Assembly (NCBI GenBank): GCA_023409735.1
Contig: JAEYRB010000007.1
Span: forward strand, 20,376 to 84,375
Source of the DNA: Bacillota bacterium
GTDB taxonomy: Bacteria > Bacillota > Clostridia > Acetivibrionales > DTU013
DNA: 64,000 bases
Direction: 5' to 3'
Shown one piece after another: positions 54,798 through 64,000 of this stretch (positions are counted from its first letter, which is position 1; each line of letters starts with the position of its first letter). The notes under the pieces were generated by a model. The model saw nothing but the letters and a program-made list of their open reading frames with translations, was not told where the DNA came from and ran no database searches. A program made the translations under genes and the position numbers.

Positions 54798-55751
54798 ATG
54801 AGAATAAGCGGAGTTAGCTGCACTGTTAGGAAATCACATACCTCAAGGAATGTTGTATTAGTGGTAATCATACTACTCCTGCTTGCCATTCTCACAATTA
54901 CTGTTCTTTCATCTTATAAAGGCTGGCTTCTTCTTCACCCCGTAAAGAAGCCCATAGAGACTTTTACGTCTAATATTGTACCTGAGTACAGAGATATAAG
55001 CTTTAAGGGCAGCGATACCTCTATTATTCTCAGAGGCTGGCTTTTTCAGGCAAAAAACAGCGATCGGGCGGTAATAATGGTGCATTCATATGGCAGCAAC
55101 AGACTTGAGTTCGGCGTTGAAACAGTTGATCTGATCAAGGGCTTTCTGAGCAAAGGTTATAATGTATTTACCTTTGATTTGCGCAACTCCGGGAATTCTG
55201 ACGGTAAAGATACAACCTTTGGTTATTATGAAAAGGATGATGTACTTGCAGCTATTAAGTACATGAATTCACAAGGATCAAAACACATAACGCTTGTGGG
55301 ATTTTCTACAGGTGCTTCAGCAAGCATATTGGCTGCCGCTGAAAACAACACTGTAGATGCAGTTATTGCAGACAGTCCATATTCCGATATGAAAGGATAC
55401 TTTCAAGCGAATATAAATAAATGGTCAAATCTTCCTTCGTTTCCATTTAACAGAATAATTACACTGGCAACAGAACTGGCAGGCGATATAGATATGGACA
55501 AAGCAAGTCCAATAAACACCTTAACTGCAGAAAATCCACCGCATTTGCTTTTGATACACAACAAAAGTGACAATATTATACCTGTGGAGGACAGCATAGA
55601 GCTATATCAGAAATATTCTGCACTCAATCCATCAGGCGCAGAATTCTGGATGACAGAAACAGAAGGACATGCCCGCAGCTACGAAAAAAACAAAGACAAA
55701 TACATGGAAAGAGTATTTGCCTTTATTGACAAGGTTTATTCACAAGAGTAA
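54798..55751 (+). CDS. Membrane-anchored alpha/beta hydrolase
   Basis: N-terminal TM (VVLVVIILLLLAILTITVL), nucleophile elbow GFSTGA, and downstream Asp/His (HNKSDNIIP, EGHA). GGAGG lies 7 nt before the ATG at 54798. Confidence 0.75.
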   Translation: MRISGVSCTVRKSHTSRNVVLVVIILLLLAILTITVLSSYKGWLLLHPVKKPIETFTSNIVPEYRDISFKGSDTSIILRGWLFQAKNSDRAVIMVHSYGSNRLEFGVETVDLIKGFLSKGYNVFTFDLRNSGNSDGKDTTFGYYEKDDVLAAIKYMNSQGSKHITLVGFSTGASASILAAAENNTVDAVIADSPYSDMKGYFQANINKWSNLPSFPFNRIITLATELAGDIDMDKASPINTLTAENPPHLLLIHNKSDNIIPVEDSIELYQKYSALNPSGAEFWMTETEGHARSYEKNKDKYMERVFAFIDKVYSQE

Positions 55752-55881
55752 CTCATTATAATACAGAACAGCAGCCACTTGGTCTCAGCATCCTTGAGCG
55801 ATGAGCATCGATTATTGTCTGATACATAGCAGTTCAATTAAGTCGTTAAGCTTTAAATCATAACCTCCCCACAGCGCCGTT

Positions 55882-56373
55882 CTACTTTTTCTTATCTATA
55901 AAATAGGACGGAACGCTCGTTTGAATTGGTTTATATGCCAGATTAGCTCTTTTGTTCTGATTAATCTTCCTAATCTCTGCTCCAAAATGATTTAATAGAT
56001 TATTGCTTTTTTCGCCATTAGCCTTCTCTAATACAACTATGCTGTTGACGATATCCATAACTTCTGCAGTTATACTTTTGAGTTTTCCGGCACCTTCCGC
56101 AGAACTGATATCAAGCTTTGTCATGTCCAGTTCACTCAGCTTTGATACACCCAAGGCAGACTTGAGTCTGGCAAAATATATTTCAAATTCACCATCAAGC
56201 TCAATAAGCTGATCGATTTTAAGCTGTTTTTCATCAATAAGATTTTTAAGTCTATCCAATGAATCCTCTGCAATTGTATCGGTCTGAGCTTTAGTTATGG
56301 CTAATATCTCCATAAGTATATTCTTCTTGGTTAACTGAAGCTCATTCAACCTGGAAAAATATTTTTCGGTCAT
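55882..56373 (-). CDS. Flagellar-locus helical protein, FlgN/FliT-like putative export chaperone
   Basis: All-helical 163 aa, located immediately downstream of fliS (3-nt gap). No strong motif, so the call is positional. Confidence 0.45.
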   Translation of the reverse strand: MTEKYFSRLNELQLTKKNILMEILAITKAQTDTIAEDSLDRLKNLIDEKQLKIDQLIELDGEFEIYFARLKSALGVSKLSELDMTKLDISSAEGAGKLKSITAEVMDIVNSIVVLEKANGEKSNNLLNHFGAEIRKINQNKRANLAYKPIQTSVPSYFIDKKK

Positions 56374-56376
56374 TTC

Positions 56377-56781
56377 CTACTCCTCTTTGATAAGACGTGG
56401 CTGCTGTGGATGTTTTGCAAGTTTCATTGCCTGAGCCCAGGTATCTCTTAACTCCTTTGATATTCCAAGAACTTCTTCAAGTATTTGCAGATCTTTCTTA
56501 ACGTTGGCATCCACAAGCCTTCTGAAAATATATTCATATAACTGGTCAAGCCCTTCTGATACCTCATACTTCATATCTAGTGTTTTGCGAAAGTTTAGTA
56601 TAATATTCTGTGCTTTAATAATTGAGTTTGATGCCTTTTCAATACTTTTGTCATTAATACTATATTGTGCTTGCATAATAAACTTCACCAATCCATTATA
56701 CAACATTAATGTAAGTTCTTCAGGAGTTGATGTATAGATAGAATTTTGCTTATACTGGTCATATGCCTTATTTACTGCCAT
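56377..56781 (-). CDS. fliS: Flagellar export chaperone FliS
   Basis: Y.QN.I.T.TPEELTLMLY.G..KF...A is the canonical FliS N-terminus. 134 aa. Confidence 0.9.
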   Translation of the reverse strand: MAVNKAYDQYKQNSIYTSTPEELTLMLYNGLVKFIMQAQYSINDKSIEKASNSIIKAQNIILNFRKTLDMKYEVSEGLDQLYEYIFRRLVDANVKKDLQILEEVLGISKELRDTWAQAMKLAKHPQQPRLIKEE

Positions 56782-56824
56782 TAGTCATTCCTCCAAAAAG
56801 TTAATCTAAAGAGAGCTTTTCACA

Positions 56825-58735
56825 TCAGGATTGCCCGCTGAACATCGAGGTTATGTATGAACTTTGGGAATTCATTTGGTTAATATACGTTTCTAGGTTC
56901 GTAAACTTGGAATAGTAATATTGTTCTTTATTATTGAGCTTAGTGATCAGCTCCTTAATATCATCCTCATAATCGTCTATTTGATCAAACAATGTGTTTT
57001 CATACTGAGTTGTATCTCCCTCCATGCCTGCTTTTTGAAGAAGTATACCTTTTCCGTTGGTTGTCCTGATGTAATCCTCAAGTATGTCTGATATCCTGTT
57101 ACCAAGTCCCTCTGTACTGTATCGCTCTCTTCTCTGTGCAGTTGTAGTACACTCAGTATATGATAGATTTGATTTCTTTGTAAATAATTCAGCTACATTG
57201 TCAGGGTCTGATTGTATAGCTGCCTTCAGCTTGTTTTCGTCAATAATCAGCTTTCCTTTGTCGGTATATACACTTGTGGTAATCCCTATTGATGTTAGAT
57301 CCTTGGATATACCGGTTATAGAGTCCGAAAGGGCCGTTCTCATACTATACAGCATTTCCTGGAGCATTGAATCATGACGAAGAAGTCCTGTTTTGGCTTT
57401 TTCCTCCCATTTTTTGACCTCATCCTCAGAAAGCTCCTCCTTCTGTTCATCAGTAAGAGGCGCAAAATCACGATCATATTTTTCACTGATAGTAGTGTTT
57501 ATCTCATCTATAAGCTTGTTATAGTCGTCAACAAAAGCTTTTATGTTATTAAATACCGAATCTGTATCCGTTGTAAGTGAAACTGTTTCACTCTGGTTTA
57601 CAGGATCAGTATGCGCCTTGTTCAATGTATATATAGTATTGTTCACCGTAAATGAATTGGTACTTCTTGTAACAAGGACTCCGTCAATCATAGCTGAAGC
57701 GTCTTTGCCTTCTTCATAATTATTCATATTAAGTCCAAAGGTATTGATAAAATCAATATCACCCTGTGTTGTACCAAAGACGATATTGCTTCCCGCACCG
57801 GTTTGCTTAGAAGTTAGCAGGAATCTGTCCGATGTTTCATCATATCTCATGTTTACGTTAGCTGTCTTATCTGAATTGATCGTATTCATCATACTTGATA
57901 AGGATGTATCAACACTGAAAGTAAATTTTTTTGAATTGATAGTAAATGAAACATTACCATCTTCATCAAACTTAAGATCAGAGGCAAAACTACTTGCAAG
58001 ATATCCGAGCGGCCTTGCCGTGTTAAGCCTGTTTGATGCCCCAATACCAAAGCCAAGAGATGTCAAGGCACCGCTTTGATCGGCATTCGACAGGGTTATC
58101 CTTCCTGCACCTCCTGTAGCTTCAAATGACAGATTATCTGTACTCACATCAAAACTCACGGAGATCTTTCCTGCGCCGAAGGCTTTATCTACTAAATCCT
58201 GCAGGCCGGTGCCCTGCTTGTTAACAATTTCATCCGTACCGGCAGTGTAATTATCAAGAACTATTTCCTTTGTCACTCCATCTAATGTTAGTGCAATTTT
58301 TTGTCCAGATAAGCTGAAATTTAATACTTTCCCCTGCAATGCATCGGTCACACCGGCAGTACCTTTGATCTTAGCTTCAGTTGCAAGGCTAATAACTGAT
58401 ACAGTATGTGAACCTACAGCTGAATCTGCATTGCCGGATATAGTAACATAGCTGTCATTAGTAGAGGAACCCAAGAACTTCTTAAAGCTTGATTTTGAGG
58501 TAACATTACTAGCCATATTAGTAGTATTAAAATAGGACGTCTTAAATTTATTAAGCTTACTGATTATGTCTCTATATTCCTCCTGTTTCCATTCAGCCAG
58601 CTGCTTTTTCTGATAAAGCTTATTAAGTGGGACCTTTTCAGCCCTCATTAGCTGTTCTACTATAGAGTCAGTATCCAGGCCGCTTGCAAGGCCTGATAAC
58701 CTTGACATTGAAGTGCTTCTAATTCCTGTCATCAT
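56825..58735 (-). CDS. fliD: Flagellar filament capping protein FliD (HAP2)
   Basis: N-terminal SGLASGLDTDSIVEQLMRAEKVPL and the C-terminal FliD domain (...RFTNLETYINQMNSQSS). Confidence 0.9.
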   Translation of the reverse strand: MMTGIRSTSMSRLSGLASGLDTDSIVEQLMRAEKVPLNKLYQKKQLAEWKQEEYRDIISKLNKFKTSYFNTTNMASNVTSKSSFKKFLGSSTNDSYVTISGNADSAVGSHTVSVISLATEAKIKGTAGVTDALQGKVLNFSLSGQKIALTLDGVTKEIVLDNYTAGTDEIVNKQGTGLQDLVDKAFGAGKISVSFDVSTDNLSFEATGGAGRITLSNADQSGALTSLGFGIGASNRLNTARPLGYLASSFASDLKFDEDGNVSFTINSKKFTFSVDTSLSSMMNTINSDKTANVNMRYDETSDRFLLTSKQTGAGSNIVFGTTQGDIDFINTFGLNMNNYEEGKDASAMIDGVLVTRSTNSFTVNNTIYTLNKAHTDPVNQSETVSLTTDTDSVFNNIKAFVDDYNKLIDEINTTISEKYDRDFAPLTDEQKEELSEDEVKKWEEKAKTGLLRHDSMLQEMLYSMRTALSDSITGISKDLTSIGITTSVYTDKGKLIIDENKLKAAIQSDPDNVAELFTKKSNLSYTECTTTAQRRERYSTEGLGNRISDILEDYIRTTNGKGILLQKAGMEGDTTQYENTLFDQIDDYEDDIKELITKLNNKEQYYYSKFTNLETYINQMNSQSSYITSMFSGQS

Positions 58736-58742
58736 ATATCAT

Positions 58743-59147
58743 TCACCTTCTTTCATCAACTAGGATACCGGCCATTTCCCACATTTTGGCTACCATGTCC
58801 AATATTTTCTCCGGCGGTATCTCGCGTATAACTTCATCTGTTTGCGAATCAATAACCTTTATCATTATCTCTTTTGTTTCCTCATGTATTGAGTACTCGA
58901 ATTTTCTGTTAGAAATGGATAAAGCATCATTGGCACGCTCAATTGCATCAATGACGGCTTTGTCCGAAATTGACAGATTTTTCTTGTCAAATTCCGATTT
59001 CCTTATGTTATCACATGCAGTAGTATTATCTGGCTTATAACCCGGTTTTTCAGTGAAGTTCTTAGCCTGGGTTGAGGTAATATCCTGGTTCACTGATCTT
59101 ATTGCCTGCTGTCCTGTTTTAAGAGCATCCGTGCCCTCTATTCTCAT
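58743..59147 (-). CDS. flaG: Flagellar protein FlaG
   Basis: The C-terminus F.IHEETKEIMIKVID..T.EVIREIPPEKILDM is the FlaG signature. ATG at 59147 with GGAGGTG upstream. Confidence 0.8.
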   Translation of the reverse strand: MRIEGTDALKTGQQAIRSVNQDITSTQAKNFTEKPGYKPDNTTACDNIRKSEFDKKNLSISDKAVIDAIERANDALSISNRKFEYSIHEETKEIMIKVIDSQTDEVIREIPPEKILDMVAKMWEMAGILVDERR

Positions 59148-59260
59148 AAAAGCACCTCCATCCATGAATTTTCCTATATAATAAAATATCTGCCTATACT
59201 GTTGTTGTATTTTAAAGGGAGCCGAGAGCCGTACAAATCAAAGCTCACCCTTCATTATAT

Positions 59261-59287
59261 TTATCGGAATATTTTTTATTTTATTTA
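59261..59287 (-). promoter_or_regulatory. SigD (sigma-28)-type promoter for flaG-fliD-fliS
   Basis: The minus strand reads TAAA-N15-TCCGATAA, against the consensus TAAA-N15-GCCGATAT. About 115 nt upstream of the flaG start. Confidence 0.55.
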
Positions 59288-59380
59288 ATCAAATAATTTA
59301 CAAAAGTAAAAATTAGAATTCATCCTGCAGCGACTACAAGATTCTTTGCTTAATATATCATTGGTTACATTCTAACGATA

Positions 59381-59416
59381 TTGAAGAAAAGGCCGGAGGT
59401 TGTCCCTCCGGCCTTT
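59381..59416 (-). terminator. Rho-independent terminator of fliC
   Basis: AAAGGCCGGAGG-ttgtc-CCTCCGGCCTTT, a 12-bp perfect stem followed on the minus strand by TTTTCTTC. 26 nt after the fliC stop. Confidence 0.85.
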
Positions 59417-59441
59417 AAAACTGCATATTTTTGAACTACTA

Positions 59442-60836
59442 TTATTGTAACAGCTGAAGAACTCCCTGAGGCTGCTGATTTGCCTGTGCAAGCATTGCAG
59501 TAGCTGCCTGAGTGAGGATGTTGTTCTTTGTGTAGTTCATCATTTCCTTAGCCATATCAACGTCACGAATACGAGACTCAGCAGCAGTAAGGTTTTCAGA
59601 TGAAGTACCCAGGTTATTAATAGTGTGTTCGAGTCTGTTCTGGTAAGCACCGAGCTTTGAACGCTCTGCAGAAACTCTCTTAATAGCGTTATCTACAGTA
59701 GTTATAGCATCTTCAGCGCCTGCCTGGCTTGTGAGATCAAGATTATTTACTCCAAGATCTGACGAAAGCATGCTTGAAATACTGACGCTCATTGTCTGAC
59801 CTTCATTCGCGCCAATATGCATTGTAATATTATTCTTTGTTACCTGAACGCTGTCCTTTGTTCCCGCAGCAGCCTCAGCAGCAGCATCAGTAAGAGTTAC
59901 CATAAGACCAATTGAGTCTCCTGCTGTAGAGGTAAGAGTCTTTCCATTTCCTGTCGCAGCCTGACCGTTTATAGTACCTGCAACATCAACACCTATGTCA
60001 CTTACATCAGCAGCTGTTGTTAGTCCCAATAAACGTGAAGCAGAGTTAGCACCGCCATCTGCTACTGTAATGGATTCGGATGCACCATATCCGTCGGAAT
60101 TCAGTGTAATTGCATTTGTGGTCGCGTCGGCTGATGCAATAATACCAATACCTGCAGTATTTACTGCATTTACAAAATTAGCTACTGTAGCTGCAGCATC
60201 TCCAGCAACAGAATTGAAATTAATTGCAAAACCGTTTATTGATACAGTTTTTGGTGTAGAATCTATAACAGAAGCATCGGTTACTGCAGCACCTGCTATT
60301 GTTGCGCGCTCAGCTGCCGTTGTAGTTTCGATTTCATATGTCCCAGCCTGGATACCATCATTAATAGTAGTAGCTGATTCTACATTTGTGTTTGTACCAT
60401 ACACAACCTTGCTTCCTGCATCGCCGTTGAGGAGCTTCTTAGTGTTGAATTCAGTTGTATTTCCTATTCTGTCGATTTCGGATGTAAGCTGATCAATCTC
60501 CTTCTGGATCTCTGCTCTGTCATCTACTGTATTGGTATCATTTGCAGCCTGAACAGCAAGCTCTCTCATTCTTTGCAGTATGCTGTGAGTCTCACTGAGT
60601 GCGCCTTCAGCTGTCTGGATGAGTGAAATACTGTCCTGAGCATTCGTTGAAGCCTGATCAAGGCCTCTGATCTGGCCTCTCATCTTTTCACTGATTGCAA
60701 GACCTGCTGCGTTGTCGCCTGCACGGTTTATAGCAAGACCTGAAGACAACTTTTCCAGTGATTTGGATGTAGCGCCTGTATTAGCTGATAATTGACGATA
60801 AGTGTTAAGTGATGCGATATTGTGATTAATTCTCAT
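59442..60836 (-). CDS. fliC: Flagellin
   Basis: MRINHNIASLNTYRQL N-terminus and C-terminal ...TQAATAMLAQANQQPQGVLQLLQ, with an A/T/G-rich variable central domain. GGAGG lies 8 nt before the ATG at 60836 (Met20 of the track ORF). Confidence 0.9.
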   Translation of the reverse strand: MRINHNIASLNTYRQLSANTGATSKSLEKLSSGLAINRAGDNAAGLAISEKMRGQIRGLDQASTNAQDSISLIQTAEGALSETHSILQRMRELAVQAANDTNTVDDRAEIQKEIDQLTSEIDRIGNTTEFNTKKLLNGDAGSKVVYGTNTNVESATTINDGIQAGTYEIETTTAAERATIAGAAVTDASVIDSTPKTVSINGFAINFNSVAGDAAATVANFVNAVNTAGIGIIASADATTNAITLNSDGYGASESITVADGGANSASRLLGLTTAADVSDIGVDVAGTINGQAATGNGKTLTSTAGDSIGLMVTLTDAAAEAAAGTKDSVQVTKNNITMHIGANEGQTMSVSISSMLSSDLGVNNLDLTSQAGAEDAITTVDNAIKRVSAERSKLGAYQNRLEHTINNLGTSSENLTAAESRIRDVDMAKEMMNYTKNNILTQAATAMLAQANQQPQGVLQLLQ

Positions 60837-60844
60837 AATAAATA

Positions 60845-60886
60845 CCTCCATGTATTTTTTTATTTTTGGTAGAGCATCCTTGCTCT
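60845..60886 (-). promoter_or_regulatory. Two candidate CsrA binding sites in the fliC 5' leader (hairpin-loop AGGA plus SD GGAGG)
   Basis: On the minus strand, AGAGCA-AGGA-TGCTCT (60886-60871) presents AGGA in a 4-nt loop. A second GGA lies in the Shine-Dalgarno sequence (60849-60845). Confidence 0.55.
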
Positions 60887-60920
60887 CCAACATTTTTTGA
60901 ATCCTATTAAATACTTCTCC

Positions 60921-60948
60921 ACTCGGCCGATGAGGAAAAACTATTTAA
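60921..60948 (-). promoter_or_regulatory. SigD (sigma-28)-type promoter of fliC
   Basis: The minus strand reads TAAA (60948-60945), N16, then GCCGAGTG (60928-60921). About 85 nt upstream of the fliC ATG. Confidence 0.45.
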
Positions 60949-61168
60949 TTTCGTTCTCAATAAATATATCGAATTTTTTTTGATCTTACTTAACAACAAT
61001 TTATATAATTTTTATTTTTTTTAACATATGGATAGACTCTATTAAATATGCTTCTATTTAAAAACATATACTTTTATATAAAGGCAGAACTAGCAGCAGT
61101 AACAGTTCAGACTCTGCTTGATACACATATGAAATAAAACTGGCAGTAACCTATTTACTTACGAGATT

Positions 61169-61233
61169 ATCTGCCAGAAAAATATATAAATTTTTTATTT
61201 TGCTAGAGGCCTGCCCCAACTATTGACACAGAG
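61169..61233. repeat. Dispersed 65-nt intergenic repeat, copy B
   Basis: See copy A. On the minus strand, both copies lie immediately 3' of a rho-independent terminator. Confidence 0.8.
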
Positions 61234-61240
61234 ATGATAT

Positions 61241-61284
61241 AAAAAGGTGCAACTATTGGCTGAATGTTCAGCAATAATAGCACC
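61241..61284 (-). terminator. Rho-independent terminator of csrA
   Basis: A long imperfect hairpin (GGTGC...GCTGAA-ca-TTCAGC...GCACC) followed on the minus strand by TTTTT. 24 nt after the csrA stop. Confidence 0.7.
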
Positions 61285-61307
61285 TAGCAAATTACCCTAC
61301 GTCTAAT

Positions 61308-61535
61308 TCACTCAAGACTCTTCCTAAGAAGCCCTTCAATAGATACATTTCCTATTTCTGAAGCCTTTTTATTCTCCTGCTGTATTTCCAGGTATACCTC
61401 TTTTCTATGTATTGATACGCTGCGGGGAGCATTTATTCCTATCCGTACCTGGTCTCCCTGAATGTCCAGCACAGTTATCTCAATATTATCATTTATTACG
61501 ATGGCCTGATCCTTTTTTCTCGTCAGTACAAGCAC
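61308..61535 (-). CDS. csrA: Carbon storage regulator CsrA (flagellar type)
   Basis: (M)[40 protein letters not shown]. The GTG at 61535 lies 9 nt after AGGAGG; the track's GTG at 61541 is only 3 nt from the SD. Confidence 0.9.
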   Translation of the reverse strand: MLVLTRKKDQAIVINDNIEITVLDIQGDQVRIGINAPRSVSIHRKEVYLEIQQENKKASEIGNVSIEGLLRKSLE

Positions 61536-61986
61536 CTGCACCAGCCTCCTGTCTTCGGAGTTCTTCTAATATATAGTGTCTCACAGTGTACTTATCGGTG
61601 TCAAGGATAACTTGCACTCCTCTTTTATTGCGTATGTTGATGATTATAGGAGCCTTGAGGTTCATACTCATCCTTTCAAGCTGCTGCGGAACAACTATTA
61701 CAGAATATACTGCAACATCTTCAGCATTTTCTATAGACAGTCTTTGTACATCGTCCTCACTTAACTCGAAGTCATAATCCTTTACGATAAGAAATGGATT
61801 TGCCACAGCGAAGGCAATTTCCGGGTTATCTAATGATTGAAGCCACTTAAAAGGAGAGTTCTCCTCCGAGCTGTCAAATATCGCAAACCTATGCATTTGT
61901 TCAAAGCCAGGTAAACCGGCAGCAAATTCTATACATTTTTCTTCCGGGACATCAATTTCCCCAAAATGTTTTGTCTTAAGAAACAT
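61489..61986 (-). CDS. fliW: Flagellar assembly factor FliW
   Basis: [29 protein letters not shown]....F and NLKAPIIIN are FliW signatures. ATG at 61986 with GGAGG 8 nt upstream. The 3' end overlaps csrA by 47 nt. Confidence 0.85.
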   Translation of the reverse strand: MFLKTKHFGEIDVPEEKCIEFAAGLPGFEQMHRFAIFDSSEENSPFKWLQSLDNPEIAFAVANPFLIVKDYDFELSEDDVQRLSIENAEDVAVYSVIVVPQQLERMSMNLKAPIIINIRNKRGVQVILDTDKYTVRHYILEELRRQEAGAGACTDEKKGSGHRNK

Positions 61987-62005
61987 TATCATTTCCTCCA
62001 CTATA

Positions 62006-62578
62006 CTAAATCAGTACATCTAATTTTCTCTCATATTTTATATCAACCGACGGATACCTACTTACATATACATCGACCCTTGCAGGTTCAAAGTCAGTTT
62101 TCAGGCGCGCAGGCGTGTACTCACCATCTACTCCGCCCATAGCGACATTTTGAGGGATCTCCCACTGTACCTCAACCTTCCCTGTAACCTTTATCTCAGG
62201 CAGTGATTTCGGTATAAAGCCCAGAACAAATTCATTTGTTTTTAGCGCATCTCTGACAGCTATATGAGCTATTGTATTACCGCCATTTTGAATTGCAGCC
62301 AGCATCTCGCCGTCATTGGCTGTTTTGCCTATATACTGCATTACCTTTTTATAACCGCGTGATGCCGCTTCCCGTGCAAATTCAGAATTGTTTTTTATAC
62401 CGGCCTCAGAGAAGCATTTGGACTGGTCTATTTTTACCTCCGGTTTCTGGGTTTCTATCCTCATCTTGTTTTGATTTTGGTGAAACCTTAAAACGGCCAT
62501 TTCACTGCTCATCCGAAGCTTGCTTGGGGTCGTTTCTATTCCCAGTTGAATATCTGTAGTTTTAATACTTAGTCCCAT
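62006..62578 (-). CDS. YviE-like flagellar-locus protein (DUF6470-type), function unknown
   Basis: 190 aa. It occupies the position between flgL and fliW held by yviE in B. subtilis. No catalytic motif. Confidence 0.55.
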   Translation of the reverse strand: MGLSIKTTDIQLGIETTPSKLRMSSEMAVLRFHQNQNKMRIETQKPEVKIDQSKCFSEAGIKNNSEFAREAASRGYKKVMQYIGKTANDGEMLAAIQNGGNTIAHIAVRDALKTNEFVLGFIPKSLPEIKVTGKVEVQWEIPQNVAMGGVDGEYTPARLKTDFEPARVDVYVSRYPSVDIKYERKLDVLI

Positions 62579-62700
62579 AATAGATCACCTTTTATGCGGG
62601 TACCTTTGTACCATTTTTCAGCTCCGAAGTACAATATATTACATTATATTTACTAATATACTGCATAACAAAATTGTTTTAAGGTTACATCACAAACGTC

Positions 62701-63630
62701 TTATCTGAGAAAATCGATCAATGACGTCTGAATGATCCTTGCACCTCCTGCGAGAGATGCATTATATACATTCTGTTCATTTTGCAGATTTATTATAGTT
62801 TCTGCAATATCCACATCCTCATTATTGCTCATAAGCTTCGTGAAATTAACAATATCATTTTCCAGCCTATTAGCTGTAAGCTCAAGTCTGTTTGACCTTG
62901 CACCCACATCTGCCCTTATTCGCAGCACTGTATTAATATCCTCATCTATTTCATTTAACATATTTCCTACAGCTGTGGTATCGCCTGTCTCAAGTGCACT
63001 TATCAGCTCGTTCATGTGACTGATAACCATGCCTGTTTGGCCGGTTCCGGACACTTCGTCATACACGGCATCTCCGCCATTATTAAAAAGGTCCCCTCCT
63101 GTAACATTGATGTTGATATTGTCTCCAATACCTATCTCATATTTTATGTTTTCTCTGCTTGTAGAAACATCCATTGCAAAACTGCCATCATCATTCAGAA
63201 GTGGCTTATCTGTCTTGAAACCTGAGAATATATACCTTCCTGCATACGTTGTATTGCCCAGCTTTATCATCTGCTCCTTAAGCTGCTTTAACTCTGCGGC
63301 GATTTTTTCAGTTTCCTCTTGAGTGTTTGTACCTGTGCCTCCCTTGACAGTCAGCTCTCTTACTCTATGAAGCACGTCTCCCATATTTGACAGTGTTGTC
63401 TCCGTTATATCAAGCCAGGATTGTGCATCCTCCACATTACTCTTATACTGTTTCAGCTCAGACACATCAGTTCTAAGCTTTAGTGCTCTTGCCGCAACAA
63501 CAGGGTCATCTGACGGAACCTGTATTTTTTTACCTGTTGCCAGTTGACTCTGGTATTTACTAAGTCTTGTCAGATTATTTCCTATATAATTTACCATGTT
63601 ATTAATTAGCATGTTATTTGTAATTCTCAT
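62701..63630 (-). CDS. flgL: Flagellar hook-associated protein 3 FlgL
   Basis: MRITNNM...L...Q.QLATGKKI..PSDDPV.AARAL N-terminus and a flagellin-like C-terminus (...AGGARIIQTSLIDFLR). Confidence 0.9.
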   Translation of the reverse strand: MRITNNMLINNMVNYIGNNLTRLSKYQSQLATGKKIQVPSDDPVVAARALKLRTDVSELKQYKSNVEDAQSWLDITETTLSNMGDVLHRVRELTVKGGTGTNTQEETEKIAAELKQLKEQMIKLGNTTYAGRYIFSGFKTDKPLLNDDGSFAMDVSTSRENIKYEIGIGDNININVTGGDLFNNGGDAVYDEVSGTGQTGMVISHMNELISALETGDTTAVGNMLNEIDEDINTVLRIRADVGARSNRLELTANRLENDIVNFTKLMSNNEDVDIAETIINLQNEQNVYNASLAGGARIIQTSLIDFLR

Positions 63631-63722
63631 TTACTGATCCCTCCGTATTAAAGTCATTATCAGTTCTAACCGGTATATGATACCTTTACGAATAGATCAA
63701 GGCATTATCACAAATGCCAGGT

Positions 63723-64000
63723 CTATGTAAAAAGTCTATTTATAAGAGTATCGTATACTTCACCCATGGTCTGTATCATTTTTGCAGAGGCATTATATGC
63801 CTGCTGGAATTTAACCATATTGGTCATTTCTTCATTAAGGGATACACCCGATACAGAGATTCGGTTTCCTTCTATTTGATTTATAATTACCTTTTGGTTA
63901 GCCTGGTAATTGTCAGCCTGCTGCGAATCAACACCCAGTGTTGTAATGACGGATTTTATGAAATCCTCAGGGGCACCTTCCGAAAACATATCATCATTCT
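63723..64000 (-). CDS. flgK: Flagellar hook-associated protein 1 FlgK, C-terminal fragment (gene continues beyond the window)
   Basis: The C-terminus ...SGVSLNEEMTNMVKFQQAYNASAKMIQTMGEVYDTLINRL is the conserved FlgK terminal helix. The reading frame is open to the window edge. Confidence 0.8.
   Translation of the reverse strand, partial: NDDMFSEGAPEDFIKSVITTLGVDSQQADNYQANQKVIINQIEGNRISVSGVSLNEEMTNMVKFQQAYNASAKMIQTMGEVYDTLINRLFT

Overview
This is a 64-kb chromosomal window from a spore-forming, flagellated, low-GC Firmicute, probably class Clostridia. About 90% of the coding sequence is on the minus strand. All calls come from reading the translated ORFs, motifs and synteny by eye; no database search was run.

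Layout:
- (a) 0.2-5.5 kb and 19.6-26.5 kb form a conserved housekeeping block. It matches the Bacillus subtilis tmk-yaaQ-yaaR-holB-yaaT-yabB-yabC / abrB / metS-yabD neighbourhood: tmk, darA, yaaR, holB, ricT, a tRNA m6A methyltransferase, rsmI, abrB, metG and a TatD hydrolase.
- (b) This block is split between abrB and metG by about 14 kb of accessory, partly decaying DNA.
  - It holds a GNAT gene plus a VapBC-like cassette, bracketed by a perfect 27-bp direct repeat, in which the PIN toxin is frameshifted.
  - It also holds PhzF, HxlR, a second GNAT, an AraC regulator with a GH3 beta-glucosidase, YeiH with a 5'-truncated LysR remnant, and a TetR / Zn-ribbon / CMD / TfoX-C operon.
  - Finally, it holds a degenerate repeat-containing YtpB/DUF2600-like gene, and spmA-spmB with a 42-bp tandem repeat built from the spmB 3' end.
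- (c) 26.6-34.3 kb carries coaX, hypothetical proteins, cyanophycinase and cyanophycin synthetase (cphB-cphA), and a divergent LexA-like repressor that lacks the self-cleavage site and the Ser/Lys dyad.
- (d) 34.8-40.5 kb is a five-gene Opp/Dpp-type peptide ABC transporter.
- (e) 41.1-44.5 kb is leuC-leuD-leuB.
- (f) 46.4-53.5 kb is a Gram-positive Tad/Flp (type IVc) pilus operon. Its first gene fuses a Hanks Ser/Thr kinase to a TadZ/CpaE-like ParA/MinD domain with an erased P-loop. This is the most unusual system in the window.
- (g) 55.9-64.0 kb is a late flagellar cluster: flgK (partial), flgL, yviE-like, fliW, csrA, fliC, flaG, fliD, fliS and a FlgN/FliT-like gene. SigD-type promoters and a two-site CsrA target in the fliC leader are recognisable.

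A 56-aa 2x[4Fe-4S] ferredoxin missed by the ORF track lies at 21767-21937 (-). I saw no rRNA, tRNA, CRISPR array, integrase or transposase.
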